DNA of 47,208 nucleotides from a bacterium (GTDB taxonomy: Bacteria > Zhuqueibacterota > Zhuqueibacteria > Oceanimicrobiales > Oceanimicrobiaceae), in the NCBI GenBank assembly GCA_046757025.1, contig JBHHXN010000023.1:1-47208 (forward strand), given 5' to 3'. Under the pieces are notes generated by a model, which did no database searches, was not told the DNA's origin, and saw nothing but the letters and a program-made list of their open reading frames with translations. Made by a program: the position numbers and the translations under genes. Positions 18,784 through 28,904 of this stretch are shown here, piece by piece. Position 1 is the stretch's first letter. Each line of letters opens with the position of its first letter.

Positions 18784-19393
18784 CGCTTGCCTCCGGTGGC
18801 TCTTCCTTAACTTCGGTTAATACTTCGACGATTTCATGGGAAAGGTCCTGCGCGCCATCCAGCTTACCCATGATCTCCTCGATTTCACGCGGTTTGGGCA
18901 GCTCAGAGATGTCATTGATGCCAAAATAGCGCAAGAATTCGCCGGTGGTGCCGTAGAGCAGCGGTTTACCTAAACCTTCGGAGCGCCCGGCAATGGCGAT
19001 CAGATTTCGCTCCATTAAGTTTTTAAGCACGCCACCGGAATGCACGCCGCGAATGGCGTCGATTTCTGCGCGACTGATGGGTTGCCTGAAAGCAGTAATC
19101 GCCAGTGATTCCAATGCCGCCTGGCTTAGTTTTGGCTTTGAGCGGCCTTTAAACATTTTTTTAATCCAGGGGGCAAACTCTTTGCGAGTATTAATTTGGT
19201 AACCACCAGCGACTTTTGTGACAAAAAAAGCCCGGTTCTGGGTTGAATATTCAGAATTTAATTCTTCAACGATTTTTTGAACTTGTTTGGGGCTTAACTC
19301 TTCTACGTAGCTGGCAATTTTGTGATCGGAAATCGGTACGTCGCTGGCTAAAACCAAAGCTTCAACGATTTGTTTTAGAAATGCTTGTTCCAT
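18767..19393 (-). CDS. scpB: SMC-Scp complex subunit ScpB
   Basis: LSQAALESLAI.AFRQPISRAEIDAIRGV and LYGTT.EFL.YFG motifs. Confidence 0.95.
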   Translation of the reverse strand: MEQAFLKQIVEALVLASDVPISDHKIASYVEELSPKQVQKIVEELNSEYSTQNRAFFVTKVAGGYQINTRKEFAPWIKKMFKGRSKPKLSQAALESLAITAFRQPISRAEIDAIRGVHSGGVLKNLMERNLIAIAGRSEGLGKPLLYGTTGEFLRYFGINDISELPKPREIEEIMGKLDGAQDLSHEIVEVLTEVKEEPPEASDDAAK

Positions 19394-20106
19394 TAAATTC
19401 TTTGAATCCAGATCTCCGAAAAAGGTTGATTTTGTTTCAAGCGTAAAATCTTATTTTTTACCAGCTCCAGAATAGCCACAAACGTCACGATCAAAACGAT
19501 CCTTTCTTTGATTTGTGCCATCAATTCGGTAAATTGAGCTTTATCGTTTCTATCTAAATAATCCAAAATAAATTGCGATTGTTCTTCAATCGTCACTGGT
19601 ATCCTGTCCACGATGTGCTGGTTCACCGGCGGTACTCTCTTCAAAACTTCCATAAATGTCGCCATCAAGTCGTACAAATTGACTTCTCGTCCGGGCTCTT
19701 CCTCCTCTTCTTCCACACCTTCGAGATCCAGGATGGGGCTGCCAGTGGGAAAATACTGGCGCTGGGTTTTCTCGAACTCCGACATTTGGTTTGCGACTTC
19801 TTTGAAGCTTTGATATTCCAGCAACCGTTGTATCAGTTCCTGGCGCGGGTCTTCGGCTTCCTCGTCTTCGGTCTGCGGTCGGGGCAGCAGCATTTGCGCT
19901 TTTATGCGGATGAGCGTGGCAGCCATCAACACAAATTCACCCGCGTTTTCCAGATCCAAAAATTCCATGAGCTCCACGTAGGCCAGGTATTGCTGCGTGA
20001 TTTCGGCAATGGGAATGTCATAGATCTCTACTTCATTTTTTTTAATCAAAAAAAGCAGCAGATCTAACGGCCCTTCAAATTTTTCAAGCTGCACACGATA
20101 AGGCAT
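19393..20106 (-). CDS. scpA: Segregation/condensation protein A
   Basis: FEGPLDLLLFLI, IKAQMLLP, DPRQEL..RLLEY and TFVAILEL motifs; start at ATG 20106. Confidence 0.95.
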   Translation of the reverse strand: MPYRVQLEKFEGPLDLLLFLIKKNEVEIYDIPIAEITQQYLAYVELMEFLDLENAGEFVLMAATLIRIKAQMLLPRPQTEDEEAEDPRQELIQRLLEYQSFKEVANQMSEFEKTQRQYFPTGSPILDLEGVEEEEEEPGREVNLYDLMATFMEVLKRVPPVNQHIVDRIPVTIEEQSQFILDYLDRNDKAQFTELMAQIKERIVLIVTFVAILELVKNKILRLKQNQPFSEIWIQRI

Positions 20107-20278
20107 TAAAAAAGCCCTCAATTTTACTTAAATCGGGCCTCCACTTAGTTCGGCATAGAGAGTCAGCCAAATAACAAAAACACACGGTTGGGAATTGCAC
20201 TTGTCCGAACGATTTTCATTCCCACCTCTACATGGAATTTATACCCTTTTAAATTGCTGATAGCAATAAATTTGTGAA

Positions 20279-20307
20279 AAATTACGATAAAAAATCAAAA
20301 TAGTCAA
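20279..20307 (-). promoter_or_regulatory. sigma70 promoter for the scpA...rpsA operon
   Basis: TTGACT-N17-TAATTT on the minus strand. Confidence 0.55.
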
Positions 20308-20414
20308 GTTATTTTTAAAGCAATGAAGTAGATGAAAATTTTCGTAACTTTTCAGCCTTAAGTCGGCCCCAAATAAAAAGAATTTTAAGACAATTTGTCC
20401 GGATCGAATCTCCT

Positions 20415-20579
20415 TTAAAACGACTCTGCCTCGTCGATGAGCATGATGGGAATGTCGTCTTTGATGTCATATTTTAAACGACACTTGTGACAGATGAGCT
20501 TTTGTTTTTTTTTATCATACTCCAGGTCGCCTTTGCATTTTGGACAGGCTAAAATGTCGAGCAACTTTTGATCTAACAT
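20415..20579 (-). CDS. Trm112/YcaR family protein, 54 aa (absent from ORF track)
   Basis: [54 protein letters not shown]; purine-rich SD upstream. Confidence 0.92.
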   Translation of the reverse strand: MLDQKLLDILACPKCKGDLEYDKKKQKLICHKCRLKYDIKDDIPIMLIDEAESF

Positions 20580-20600
20580 ATCCTCTCCTCCTCATGGTTA

Positions 20601-21557
20601 TTATTCATTGAAAAAAACCATCTTATTGTATTTTTCTATTCGGGCTTCGATCAAGTCCTGAGGCGCGATCTGTTCCAATTCCGTCAATTCCTGTTCCAGG
20701 TTTTCCTGCAACAGCCTGGCGGCTTCGTCATAGTTTTGATGTGCGCCGCCCACCGGTTCTTTGATGCTTTTATCGATGACGCCCATTTTCAACAGGTCGG
20801 GCGCCGTGAGCTGCATGGCTTCCGCAGCCTGACTGGCTTTGGTGCTGTCCCGCCACAGAATGGCCGCACAGCCTTCCGGTGAAATCACCGAATACCAGGT
20901 GTTTTCCATCATCAGCACGCGGTCGCCGATGCCGATGCCCAGAGCGCCCCCGGACGCGCCTTCGCCAATGATGGCGATAACGATGGGCACGGGCAAGTGC
21001 GACATCTCGAACAAATTGCGGGCGATGGCCTCGGCCTGTCCGCGCTCTTCCGCGCCAATGCCGGGATAGGCTCCCGGCGTGTCGATGAGACAGACCACCG
21101 GTCGCTTAAACTTAGCTGCCAGCTTCATGATGCGCAACGCCTTGCGGTACCCTTCCGGATGTGGCATGCCGAAATTGCGATAGAGTTTTTCTTTGGTGGT
21201 GCGGCCTTTTTGATGACCCACAAACACCACCTGCCGGTGCCCCATTTTCCCGAGCCCTCCCACGATAGCGGGATCGTCGCCAAAAGCGCGGTCGCCGTGC
21301 AGCTCGAAAAATTCCGCGGTCATCCTGTTAATATAATCCAGCGTGTAGGGCCGCTGAGGATGCCGCGCCAGTTGCACGCGCTGCCAGCGATTTAATTTGG
21401 AATAAATTTCCCGCCGCAGCTTTTCCGATTTCTGCTGCAGTTTTTTAATCTCATCCGAAATTTCAACATTTTCATTTTCTGAGTAATCCTTCATCTCTTG
21501 AATCCGACGTTCAAGCTCAACAATGGGTTTTTCAAAATCCAGCACAAACTCGTTCAT
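20601..21557 (-). CDS. accA: Acetyl-CoA carboxylase carboxyltransferase alpha subunit
   Basis: [38 protein letters not shown] and [14 protein letters not shown] motifs. Confidence 0.97.
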   Translation of the reverse strand: MNEFVLDFEKPIVELERRIQEMKDYSENENVEISDEIKKLQQKSEKLRREIYSKLNRWQRVQLARHPQRPYTLDYINRMTAEFFELHGDRAFGDDPAIVGGLGKMGHRQVVFVGHQKGRTTKEKLYRNFGMPHPEGYRKALRIMKLAAKFKRPVVCLIDTPGAYPGIGAEERGQAEAIARNLFEMSHLPVPIVIAIIGEGASGGALGIGIGDRVLMMENTWYSVISPEGCAAILWRDSTKASQAAEAMQLTAPDLLKMGVIDKSIKEPVGGAHQNYDEAARLLQENLEQELTELEQIAPQDLIEARIEKYNKMVFFNE

Positions 21558-21564
21558 AGCGTCT

Positions 21565-23700
21565 CTAAATTTTAAATATGCTTTTAAAAATAATTTCCAA
21601 ATCTAACAATGGTGAATAATTTTTCAAATAGTAAAGATGATATTTTTCGATGTCATCCGGGCTCAGCTCCCGATGACGATTGATCTGCACCAACCCCGTT
21701 AGCCCTGGAAGCAAATCGAGCTCGTTTTGACATACTGAACTCGCTTGTTCTTCTATCTCCACCATTTCAGGTCCAACAAAACTTAAATCACCTTTTAAAA
21801 TAGACCAAAGATACGGAATTTTATTGAATGATTGCAATCTTTTATTTTCAAAAACATAGATGGTGCAAACCTGACCGCGAGGGCCGGCGATTTTTTTTTG
21901 TACCAGATTGCTGCCCAAAAGAATTTTTTTTACCAAAAATATTGGCAGACAGCAAGTGGATAGCACCAGAGCCAAAAGCAGATCGCAGGTTCGTTTCAGA
22001 AGTCGATAAGGCTTTTGATGCAGTTTATAATCCAGATGCAGCAAGGGTACGTCATCCATGCGGTCTATGGAAGCCTTACCGATGATGACATCGAGGTTGC
22101 TGGGCACCAATTTGAAATTCACATGCTGGTTGTGAGTACTGGAAATCAAACTCAAAATGCGATGGTAGGACAGTTCGCTGGTGGAAAATATGACCTCTTG
22201 AATACGGTACGCTTTAACGATTTGGTGCAAATCTTCAACGGAACCTAACACTTCCACACCATCATAGGTCTGGCCGGTTTCTTTGCCATTGAGACTCACC
22301 AGGCCCGATAAATGGTAGCTGTGCTCAATTTGTGAATTAAATTTTTTGATGAGCCGGGCGCCGGAAACGAGATCGCCAACGATCAAAGTATTTCGAGCAA
22401 GCAAGGTTTTACCCAGCGTACCTTTGAAGGGCAAGAGTCCCGTCCTCGGCAGCAGCTTTAAAGCAAAACGCCAGCCAGGTACCGCGATAAAACTCAAAAT
22501 GCCGCCGATCAACACCACAAAACGCGAGTAAGCAAATTGCTTAAAAAAGAAAAGCAAGCTGGCCATGATCAAGAATCCAGTAAAGATGGCAAAACTGGCT
22601 TTTGAAAACGAATATTTGAATTGATCGTAACTGCCAAAATGGTAGAGCAGCCCCAGACAAATGAAGGCACAAGCTAAAATAATGGGCACAAACGAATTTA
22701 AACTTTCCAGTCCGCCGTAGCGCAGGAACACACCCGTGATGATTGACAAACTCAGCAAACCGAAATCCACAAGCGGCGCCGCCAGGAAATGTGCGCTTTT
22801 CACCAGAAAGGCAAAACCGGCCCGCAGCCAGATGGCAACCCACAACAGCCAGTAAGGCATGAAAAAATATTTGTTTTTAAAGTGCTTGCTAACGAACAGA
22901 CTCATGGCTTGATAAAAAACTTTTAAATGGTCGAACTGCGAACGCTTGGAGCTTTCCCCTTTGAAATGAATGATCTTGGTGCCCGGAAAATACCGCACTT
23001 TCCAACCGTGTGCGCGTATTCGGAAACACCAGTCCAGATCTTCGCCGTACATAAAATACGCTTCATCGAGGAAGCCCACCTCGGTTAAAATGTCGTTCCG
23101 GATCATCATAAACGAGCCGGAAATCGCATCCACTTCGCACGGCTGGTCCGGGTTTAGGTAGGTTAAATTGTATTTGCCAAACAGTTTGCTGCGGGGAAAA
23201 AGATAACTCAGCCCGCTCAATTTTGTGAAGGCGATCCAGGGCGTGGGAAAACTGCGACGGCAGGCTAATTGCAAGCTGCCGTCCGGATTGAGGATTTTGC
23301 AGCCCAGCATGCCGGTATCCGGATGCCGTTTGTAGAACGCCAGCATGCTGGTAAAAGTATCTTCCTGTACGACGGTGTCCGGGTTGAGCAAAACCAAATA
23401 TTCCCCTTGCGCCGCTCTCAGTCCCTGATTGGAAGCCCGGGAAAAACCGACGTTGGTTTGGTTTTCAATGAGCTTGACTTGCGGGAATTTTTCCCGCAAC
23501 AAATTCACGCTGCCATCGTGGGAAGCGTTGTCCACCACGATGATTTCGCCGGTGATACTTTGTAGAGATTTCATCACCGAAACAAGGGTCTGTTCGAGAA
23601 AATCCTTGACGTTGTAGTTGACAATGATCACCGAAAGTTCGAGGGAGGCCCCCCGCGGTTGCTTTTTAGGGGATTTGATATTTTGCGGTGAGGTTTGCAT
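21565..23700 (-). CDS. GT2 glycosyltransferase fused to TM bundle, Rossmann-like domain and degenerate phosphoglycosyltransferase domain
   Basis: [23 protein letters not shown] and [10 protein letters not shown] motifs; C-terminal KGDLSFVG...PGLTG...YS.LLDLEI. Confidence 0.85.
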   Translation of the reverse strand: MQTSPQNIKSPKKQPRGASLELSVIIVNYNVKDFLEQTLVSVMKSLQSITGEIIVVDNASHDGSVNLLREKFPQVKLIENQTNVGFSRASNQGLRAAQGEYLVLLNPDTVVQEDTFTSMLAFYKRHPDTGMLGCKILNPDGSLQLACRRSFPTPWIAFTKLSGLSYLFPRSKLFGKYNLTYLNPDQPCEVDAISGSFMMIRNDILTEVGFLDEAYFMYGEDLDWCFRIRAHGWKVRYFPGTKIIHFKGESSKRSQFDHLKVFYQAMSLFVSKHFKNKYFFMPYWLLWVAIWLRAGFAFLVKSAHFLAAPLVDFGLLSLSIITGVFLRYGGLESLNSFVPIILACAFICLGLLYHFGSYDQFKYSFSKASFAIFTGFLIMASLLFFFKQFAYSRFVVLIGGILSFIAVPGWRFALKLLPRTGLLPFKGTLGKTLLARNTLIVGDLVSGARLIKKFNSQIEHSYHLSGLVSLNGKETGQTYDGVEVLGSVEDLHQIVKAYRIQEVIFSTSELSYHRILSLISSTHNQHVNFKLVPSNLDVIIGKASIDRMDDVPLLHLDYKLHQKPYRLLKRTCDLLLALVLSTCCLPIFLVKKILLGSNLVQKKIAGPRGQVCTIYVFENKRLQSFNKIPYLWSILKGDLSFVGPEMVEIEEQASSVCQNELDLLPGLTGLVQINRHRELSPDDIEKYHLYYLKNYSPLLDLEIIFKSIFKI

Positions 23701-23729
23701 TTTACGGGTGCCGGTTCAGCCGTGTTTCA

Positions 23730-24449
23730 TTATATTTTTTTGAATAAACTGAGAAATCTGAGTTTCCACACCATCCAGGCGGCTTCGCGCATGACTTTGC
23801 GTGTCATTTTCGAATTGCCCTTTGCACGGTCAACGAAAATGATGGGAATCTCGCAGATTCGATAGTTCTTTTTCCAGGCCTTGAAGGTCATTTCGATCTG
23901 AAACGAATAGCCGTCGCTGGAAATGTGGTCGAGATCGATGTGTTCCAGAACTTTCCGCCGAAAGCACTTGTAGCCGCTGGTGCAATCCTTTATGGGCAAA
24001 CCGGTGATGATGCGAGAATACCAGTTGGCTGCTACGCTCAAAATCAAGCGTGCAAGCGGCCAGTTGATGACATTCACGCCGGTAATATAGCGGGAGCCGA
24101 TGACGAGATCATAATTTTCGATCTTTTCTAAAAACCGCGGAATTTCTTTGGGATCGTGTGAAAGATCGGCGTCCATCTCAAAAATATAGTCAAATTTCTC
24201 TTTTAAGGCAAATTTAAATCCTTCCACGTAAGCCGTGCCCAGGCCGGATTTGTGTTCGCGACGCAGCAATTTTATGCGCAAATCCACTTTGGCGATTTTT
24301 TCCACGATCTCACCGGTTCCGTCCGGCGAGTTGTCGTCCACGATCAGCAAAAACAGATTTGGTATATTCAGATCGATGAGCTGCTGAATAACGTTTTTTA
24401 TGTTTTCTGCTTCATTATAAGTCGGGATGATGATCAGGGTTTTTTTCAT
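23730..24449 (-). CDS. Polyprenol-monophosphomannose synthase-like GT2 (DPM1/Ppm1 family)
   Basis: IIPTYNE, VDDNSPDGT, EMDADLSH, IGSRY, D.TSG..CFRR and YSFQIEM motifs. Confidence 0.88.
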   Translation of the reverse strand: MKKTLIIIPTYNEAENIKNVIQQLIDLNIPNLFLLIVDDNSPDGTGEIVEKIAKVDLRIKLLRREHKSGLGTAYVEGFKFALKEKFDYIFEMDADLSHDPKEIPRFLEKIENYDLVIGSRYITGVNVINWPLARLILSVAANWYSRIITGLPIKDCTSGYKCFRRKVLEHIDLDHISSDGYSFQIEMTFKAWKKNYRICEIPIIFVDRAKGNSKMTRKVMREAAWMVWKLRFLSLFKKI

Positions 24450-24534
24450 TTATTCAATTCTTTCGGTGAATCATCCATGAATCACAGCCGTACGGGTGTT
24501 GACAAGCGACACAAGCCGTGCCAAGATGATGCGT

Positions 24535-25455
24535 TCAACTTAGTTCATTTAGCTGCTTTTTAAATATTTTCAATCCCTGCTCCACGCCGTGCATTTCCAC
24601 ACCCAATACATCGCGCAGTTTGTCGAGCTTGAATCTCGAATTCAATGGGCGCGGAGCTTTCTGATTCAAGTCCGTTGTTTTAATGGGCGCAATGAGATCG
24701 CGATTAAAATTGAACAATTCTGCCAGTTTGAGAGCGAAATCGAAGCGGCTGAGGTAATCCGGACCCACCACGTGAAAAAGGTCTGTCTTTTTCAGCTCCA
24801 CGATTTTACGTATGGTTTGCGCCAGGTCATCGGCTAGAGTCGGATGTCCGTACTGGTCGGTGACAATGCGCACGGGTTCGTTTTTGGATAATTTATCCAC
24901 CAACCAAGTGGCAAAATTGGGATTGATGTTTTTGCCAGCGCCGTATAAAATCATGGTGCGGGCGATGGCATATTCTGCCCGGCTTGCCCGCAAGGCGTTT
25001 TCCCCGGCCAGTTTGGCCCGGCCGTAATAACTTTGGGGAGCTGGTTTGGAGGTCTCGTCGTAGTTGCCCTCCTCGCCGTCAAACACATAATCGGTTGAAA
25101 CGTGTACCAAAAACGCCCCCACCGCGGCCGCTGCCTGAGCTAAATATTCCACGCCGGCGGCGTTCACTTTCCAGCACGTCTCCTTGTCGGTTTCGCAGCC
25201 ATCGACATTGGTGTAGGCTGCCGCATTGAGGATGAACGCCGGCTGCAAAGTGTGCACAAGCTGTTTGACGTGGTTGCGGTCGGTAATATCTCCCATCGTG
25301 TAATGATAGTTATCGTATGCTACCACAGGTCTGGAAGCACGGCCAAACCCATGTATTTCGAATCCATCTGAAAATACCTGCAGCAATTTCTGGCCGAGCA
25401 GGCCGTTGGCGCCGGCCACCAGTACTTTTTCCTTTAACAATTTTAATTTTGCCAT
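24535..25455 (-). CDS. rfbD: dTDP-4-dehydrorhamnose reductase
   Basis: GANGLLG, NAAAYTNVDGCE, STDYVFDG, YGRAKLAGE, DQYGHPT and APRP motifs. Start approximate (25455-25494). Confidence 0.9.
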   Translation of the reverse strand: MAKLKLLKEKVLVAGANGLLGQKLLQVFSDGFEIHGFGRASRPVVAYDNYHYTMGDITDRNHVKQLVHTLQPAFILNAAAYTNVDGCETDKETCWKVNAAGVEYLAQAAAAVGAFLVHVSTDYVFDGEEGNYDETSKPAPQSYYGRAKLAGENALRASRAEYAIARTMILYGAGKNINPNFATWLVDKLSKNEPVRIVTDQYGHPTLADDLAQTIRKIVELKKTDLFHVVGPDYLSRFDFALKLAELFNFNRDLIAPIKTTDLNQKAPRPLNSRFKLDKLRDVLGVEMHGVEQGLKIFKKQLNELS

Positions 25456-25560
25456 TTCAAATGCGTTGTCTCTGAATAAAAGTCCCGGTTCCACCTGTCA
25501 TTTTCCGAAAACCACTCGGAGCAGGCTGGAAGAACCTATTTTGAGTCTGAGAATTATTTA

Positions 25561-25739
25561 GTGTCTGACCGAAAATTCGAGAAATGTTCGATTTAAATAT
25601 CTCTTCGCGAAGGCGTCCCTTCGACAAGGCTCAGGACAGGCCCTTCGACAAGGCTCGGGACAGGCCTCGCCGAGCCATGCAGGAATTCACCCTCGGTCAG
25701 GAGGCCTTCGGGAAAATCGGGTCGTTATCGTTCAGGCAC
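25561..25739. mobile_element. MITE-like element carrying a 24-bp tandem REP-like repeat
   Basis: Ends GTGTCTGACCGAAAA / TTATCGTTCAGGCAC (degenerate TIR). Flanked by TATTTA at 25555-25560 and 25740-25745. Internal cccttcgacaaggctc(a/g)ggacagg x2 at 25617-25664. Confidence 0.7.
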
Positions 25740-25745
25740 TATTTA

Positions 25746-25892
25746 GTGTCCATTCGTAAAGAGCCCTTTTTTGTCATTCCCGCAATCTTTAAGCGGAAAT
25801 CCATTGTTCCGTTAGGCACGAGATTCCCGATGAGCTAGTCCCTGCCTGTTTTAAGCAGGGAGCATTCGGGAATGACGATTACGGATGGACAC
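25746..25892. mobile_element. Second MITE-like element in tandem with GTCATTCC...GGAATGAC palindromes
   Basis: Ends GTGTCCATTCGTAA / TTACGGATGGACAC (13/14); flanked by TATTTA at 25740-25745 and 25893-25898. Confidence 0.75.
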
Positions 25893-25993
25893 TATTTAGC
25901 TAAACCAATAAGAACTAAAAACCAAACCAGCTCCCAACTAGATGACAAAACAGATTGAACATTTACGGATTAAAACAAGTTCCATTCAGCGTC

Positions 25994-26929
25994 TCAATGA
26001 GCGACCGTTTCACTTTCTTTTAACAGGCTTCGAATGTTCCGCACGCCGGAGCTGCCGAGAAAAGTACAATTGATGGCCGAGACATAGATGGCCATTTGTG
26101 TGGCTTCTAACACATTTCCCGTAGCGAGGTAATTCTCCAGATAGCCGGCTGCAAACGCGTCGCCACATCCAATTATATCGACTACTTTTGAAACCGGTTT
26201 GGCATTAAATTTCTGAAAACATTTTTTGCCGTTTTCTGAATAAAACACCAGAGAACCCTGCTCGGCCAGCGTGATGTGGCAGACCTCGGGATTCATGTCC
26301 AAAACGCGGTTGCCGAAATCCACTAAATCCTGCAAGGGGCGCTCCTTTTCCAATCCCGCCAGGGTGCGCGCTTCCATTTCATTGAGCTGTAAGATATCCA
26401 CCAGTTGTACCCAGTCCTGCCAATCAGGCGGTCGGCGGTAAAAGCGCTTGCCTTTGTCATCGATGCCCAGGGCGTGGGAGTGAAAATCGAGATAAATCAA
26501 CGCCTTGGATTTTTTTCGAAATACGCGCAGCGATTTCAGGTCTAAATCAGAACCCGTAATCAGATTTACCAGCAACGCATCCGCGTCGTTCAGGATGGCC
26601 AAATCAGCTAACCTGAGCGCGGGCATGGGTTCGGTGGTGATCTCGTAGCGCTCCTGTGGACCGGTGTACACCAACTTCACCTGCGTGTGCTTGTGCGGGA
26701 CTTTTTTCAACCCATCCAGGCACACATTGGGATAGCTCGCAAGCTGATCCGCCAATATGGGATAAAAATCTTCGCCCACCACAGACACCGGCAAGATTTC
26801 CACCGTGTCGTCCATCAAGTTTGCCAGAAAGGAAACCGTAAAATAGATGCCGCCGATGCTCTCGAGGGCTTCCCTCTGCCAGGGATAAATTCGATCACGA
26901 ATAAACGTACCCGCTACACCGATTTTCAT
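25994..26929 (-). CDS. PfkB/ribokinase family carbohydrate kinase
   Basis: GGI.F.V N-terminal motif, LNEMEA, ITLAEQGS and DIIGCGDAF; start at ATG 26929. Confidence 0.85.
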   Translation of the reverse strand: MKIGVAGTFIRDRIYPWQREALESIGGIYFTVSFLANLMDDTVEILPVSVVGEDFYPILADQLASYPNVCLDGLKKVPHKHTQVKLVYTGPQERYEITTEPMPALRLADLAILNDADALLVNLITGSDLDLKSLRVFRKKSKALIYLDFHSHALGIDDKGKRFYRRPPDWQDWVQLVDILQLNEMEARTLAGLEKERPLQDLVDFGNRVLDMNPEVCHITLAEQGSLVFYSENGKKCFQKFNAKPVSKVVDIIGCGDAFAAGYLENYLATGNVLEATQMAIYVSAINCTFLGSSGVRNIRSLLKESETVAH

Positions 26930-27012
26930 GCCACACCCTTTTTCACACATTGAACGATCATTCCAAAAACAAATATTGCTTGCTTCTTTTCAACTTTTTT
27001 AATCATCTTGTT

Positions 27013-27105
27013 TCGTAAATCGTAAATCGAATATTGGAATTCGTAAATTGAGATTTGGAACCAGAAACTCGAAATTCGAAACTCGAAACTCGAAACTCGA
27101 AACTA
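27013..27105. repeat. Heptamer tandem repeat tract (TCGTAAA-like, then GAAACTC x6)
   Basis: GAAACTC GAAATTC GAAACTC GAAACTC GAAACTC GAAACTA at 27064-27105. The last unit contains the NCS2 stop codon. Confidence 0.85.
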
Positions 27106-28416
27106 ATTATACGGATAAAAAACATAAAATAAAACCGAAAGTCCGCACAGTACCCAGAGGCCCGGGCTCACTTCCTGCCTTCGGCCTGCAGCCACTTTGA
27201 ATACGGGGTAGAGCACAAAACCGGCGGTGATGCCGACGCCAATATTAAACGTGAAGCTCATCAGGATGATCACCGCAAAAGCCGGAAACAATTCCGTAAA
27301 GTCAGTCAAGTTGATGCGAGTGATGGGCTGCAGCATCAAATAGCCCACCACGATCAAAGCCGGTCCGAACGCCTGCGGCGGAACCGCGGTTAAAAAGGGC
27401 GCAAAAAACAGCGCCAGCAAAAACAAACCCGCAACCACCACGGCGGTAAATCCCGTGCGTCCGCCGGCTTCCACGCCCGCAGCAGACTCGATGTACGCGC
27501 CGGCCGTGGTGGTACCCACCAGCGCCGCAAAGGTGGTGGCCAGCGCGTCGGCCATCATGGGTTTTTCGATCTCGGGAAGATTTCCGCGCTCATCCAGGTA
27601 GCCGGCCCGGGCGGAAACCCCGATCAGCGTGCCCATGGTGTCCACAAACGCCATCACAAACACCGTCAGCACCACGGCAAAAAAGCCCCAATTGAAGGCG
27701 CCCCAAATATCCAATTTGAGAAAAATAGGCGATAAGCTGGGCGGCAGGCTCAGCCATTCGGCCGGCGCTTCCGAGACTTTGAAGACGAAACAAAGAAAAG
27801 TCGTGACCAGGATACCGAACAAAATCGCCCCCGGTACTTTCCGAATCATGAGAACGGTGATCAAAAGGAATCCAAAAATCGCAATCAACACACCGGCGCT
27901 GGTCACATCGCCGATTTTAACCGGAGCACCTTCCACGCCCAGAGTCACCAAGCCGGTGGCGTTCAAACCAATGAATGTTAAAAACAGGCCAATGCCCACC
28001 GAAAAACTGTAGCGCAGACTCTCGGGAATGGATTCCACCAGCCATTGCCGCAAACGCAAAGCCGTCAGCAAAATAAACATCACCCCGCCGATAAACACCG
28101 CAGCCAGGGCCGCCTGCCAGCTATAGCCCAACACCACCACCACCGTGAACGCGATAAAAGCGTTTTCGCCCATGTACGGGGCAATGGCGAACGGCCGTCT
28201 GGCATAAAGTCCCATGATCAAAGTGCCGAATACGGCGGTGAGAATGGTAGCCACCATGGAGGGGCCCAATGGAATGCCCGCAGCTTCCAGAATTTTAGGG
28301 TTCACCACGATGATGTAGGACATGGTCATAAACGTCGTGACACCGGCAATGATTTCATTGCGAAAAGTCGTTTGATATTTTTCGAATTCAAAATAACGGT
28401 TGATTTTTTCAATCAT
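27103..28416 (-). CDS. NCS2/AzgA-type purine permease
   Basis: EIIAGVTTFMTMSYII.VNP, APYMGENAF, DTMGT and YIESAAGVEAGGRTG motifs. True start MIEKINRYF at 28416; the ORF track start overlaps purE. Confidence 0.92.
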   Translation of the reverse strand: MIEKINRYFEFEKYQTTFRNEIIAGVTTFMTMSYIIVVNPKILEAAGIPLGPSMVATILTAVFGTLIMGLYARRPFAIAPYMGENAFIAFTVVVVLGYSWQAALAAVFIGGVMFILLTALRLRQWLVESIPESLRYSFSVGIGLFLTFIGLNATGLVTLGVEGAPVKIGDVTSAGVLIAIFGFLLITVLMIRKVPGAILFGILVTTFLCFVFKVSEAPAEWLSLPPSLSPIFLKLDIWGAFNWGFFAVVLTVFVMAFVDTMGTLIGVSARAGYLDERGNLPEIEKPMMADALATTFAALVGTTTAGAYIESAAGVEAGGRTGFTAVVVAGLFLLALFFAPFLTAVPPQAFGPALIVVGYLMLQPITRINLTDFTELFPAFAVIILMSFTFNIGVGITAGFVLYPVFKVAAGRRQEVSPGLWVLCGLSVLFYVFYPYN

Positions 28417-28429
28417 TAGGCAAATTAGG

Positions 28430-28903
28430 TTAAATGCGACATCCCTCTGCTTTAAATTTGCGTAATTTATTTTTAAGATCAGAATCTTGCAAAGCCAAAA
28501 TTTGCACAGCCAGCACACCGGCGTTGCCCGCGCCCGCGGTGCCAATAGCCAGAGTGGCCACCGGTACCCCCGTGGGCATCTGCACGATGGAGTACAACGC
28601 ATCGACGCCGTTTAGCTCGGAATTGGACATGGGCACGCCGAGGACCGGCAAGATAGTGGAAGCGGCAATCACGCCGGGTAAATGCGCTGCCATGCCCGCC
28701 GCTGCGATGATCACCTTAACACCGCGCTCTTCGGCCGACTCGGCGAATTTTGCGGTCTCTGCCGGCGTTCGATGTGCAGATAGTATGAACTCCTCGAACT
28801 TCACTTTAAAATGATTGAGATATTTTTTGCATTCCACCATGGTGGTTCTATCCGATTTGCTGCCCATGACAATCGCCACGGGCGCTGACGTAGGCACCGT
28901 CAT
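28430..28903 (-). CDS. purE: N5-carboxyaminoimidazole ribonucleotide mutase
   Basis: MGSKSD, SAHRTP, AGMAAHLPG and SIVQMP.GVPVAT motifs. Confidence 0.97.
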   Translation of the reverse strand: MTVPTSAPVAIVMGSKSDRTTMVECKKYLNHFKVKFEEFILSAHRTPAETAKFAESAEERGVKVIIAAAGMAAHLPGVIAASTILPVLGVPMSNSELNGVDALYSIVQMPTGVPVATLAIGTAGAGNAGVLAVQILALQDSDLKNKLRKFKAEGCRI

Positions 28904-28904
28904 T

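Noticed and set aside
25617..25664. Direct repeats as a possible CRISPR array
   Set aside because: Only two abutting units, with no spacers and no cas genes.
25584..25838. 84-aa plus-strand ORF with RPFDKAQD repeats
   Set aside because: A translation of the 24-bp REP-like tandem repeat inside MITEs.
28417..28602. N-terminal extension of the NCS2 ORF
   Set aside because: Overlaps purE in another frame; the family N-terminus starts at 28416.
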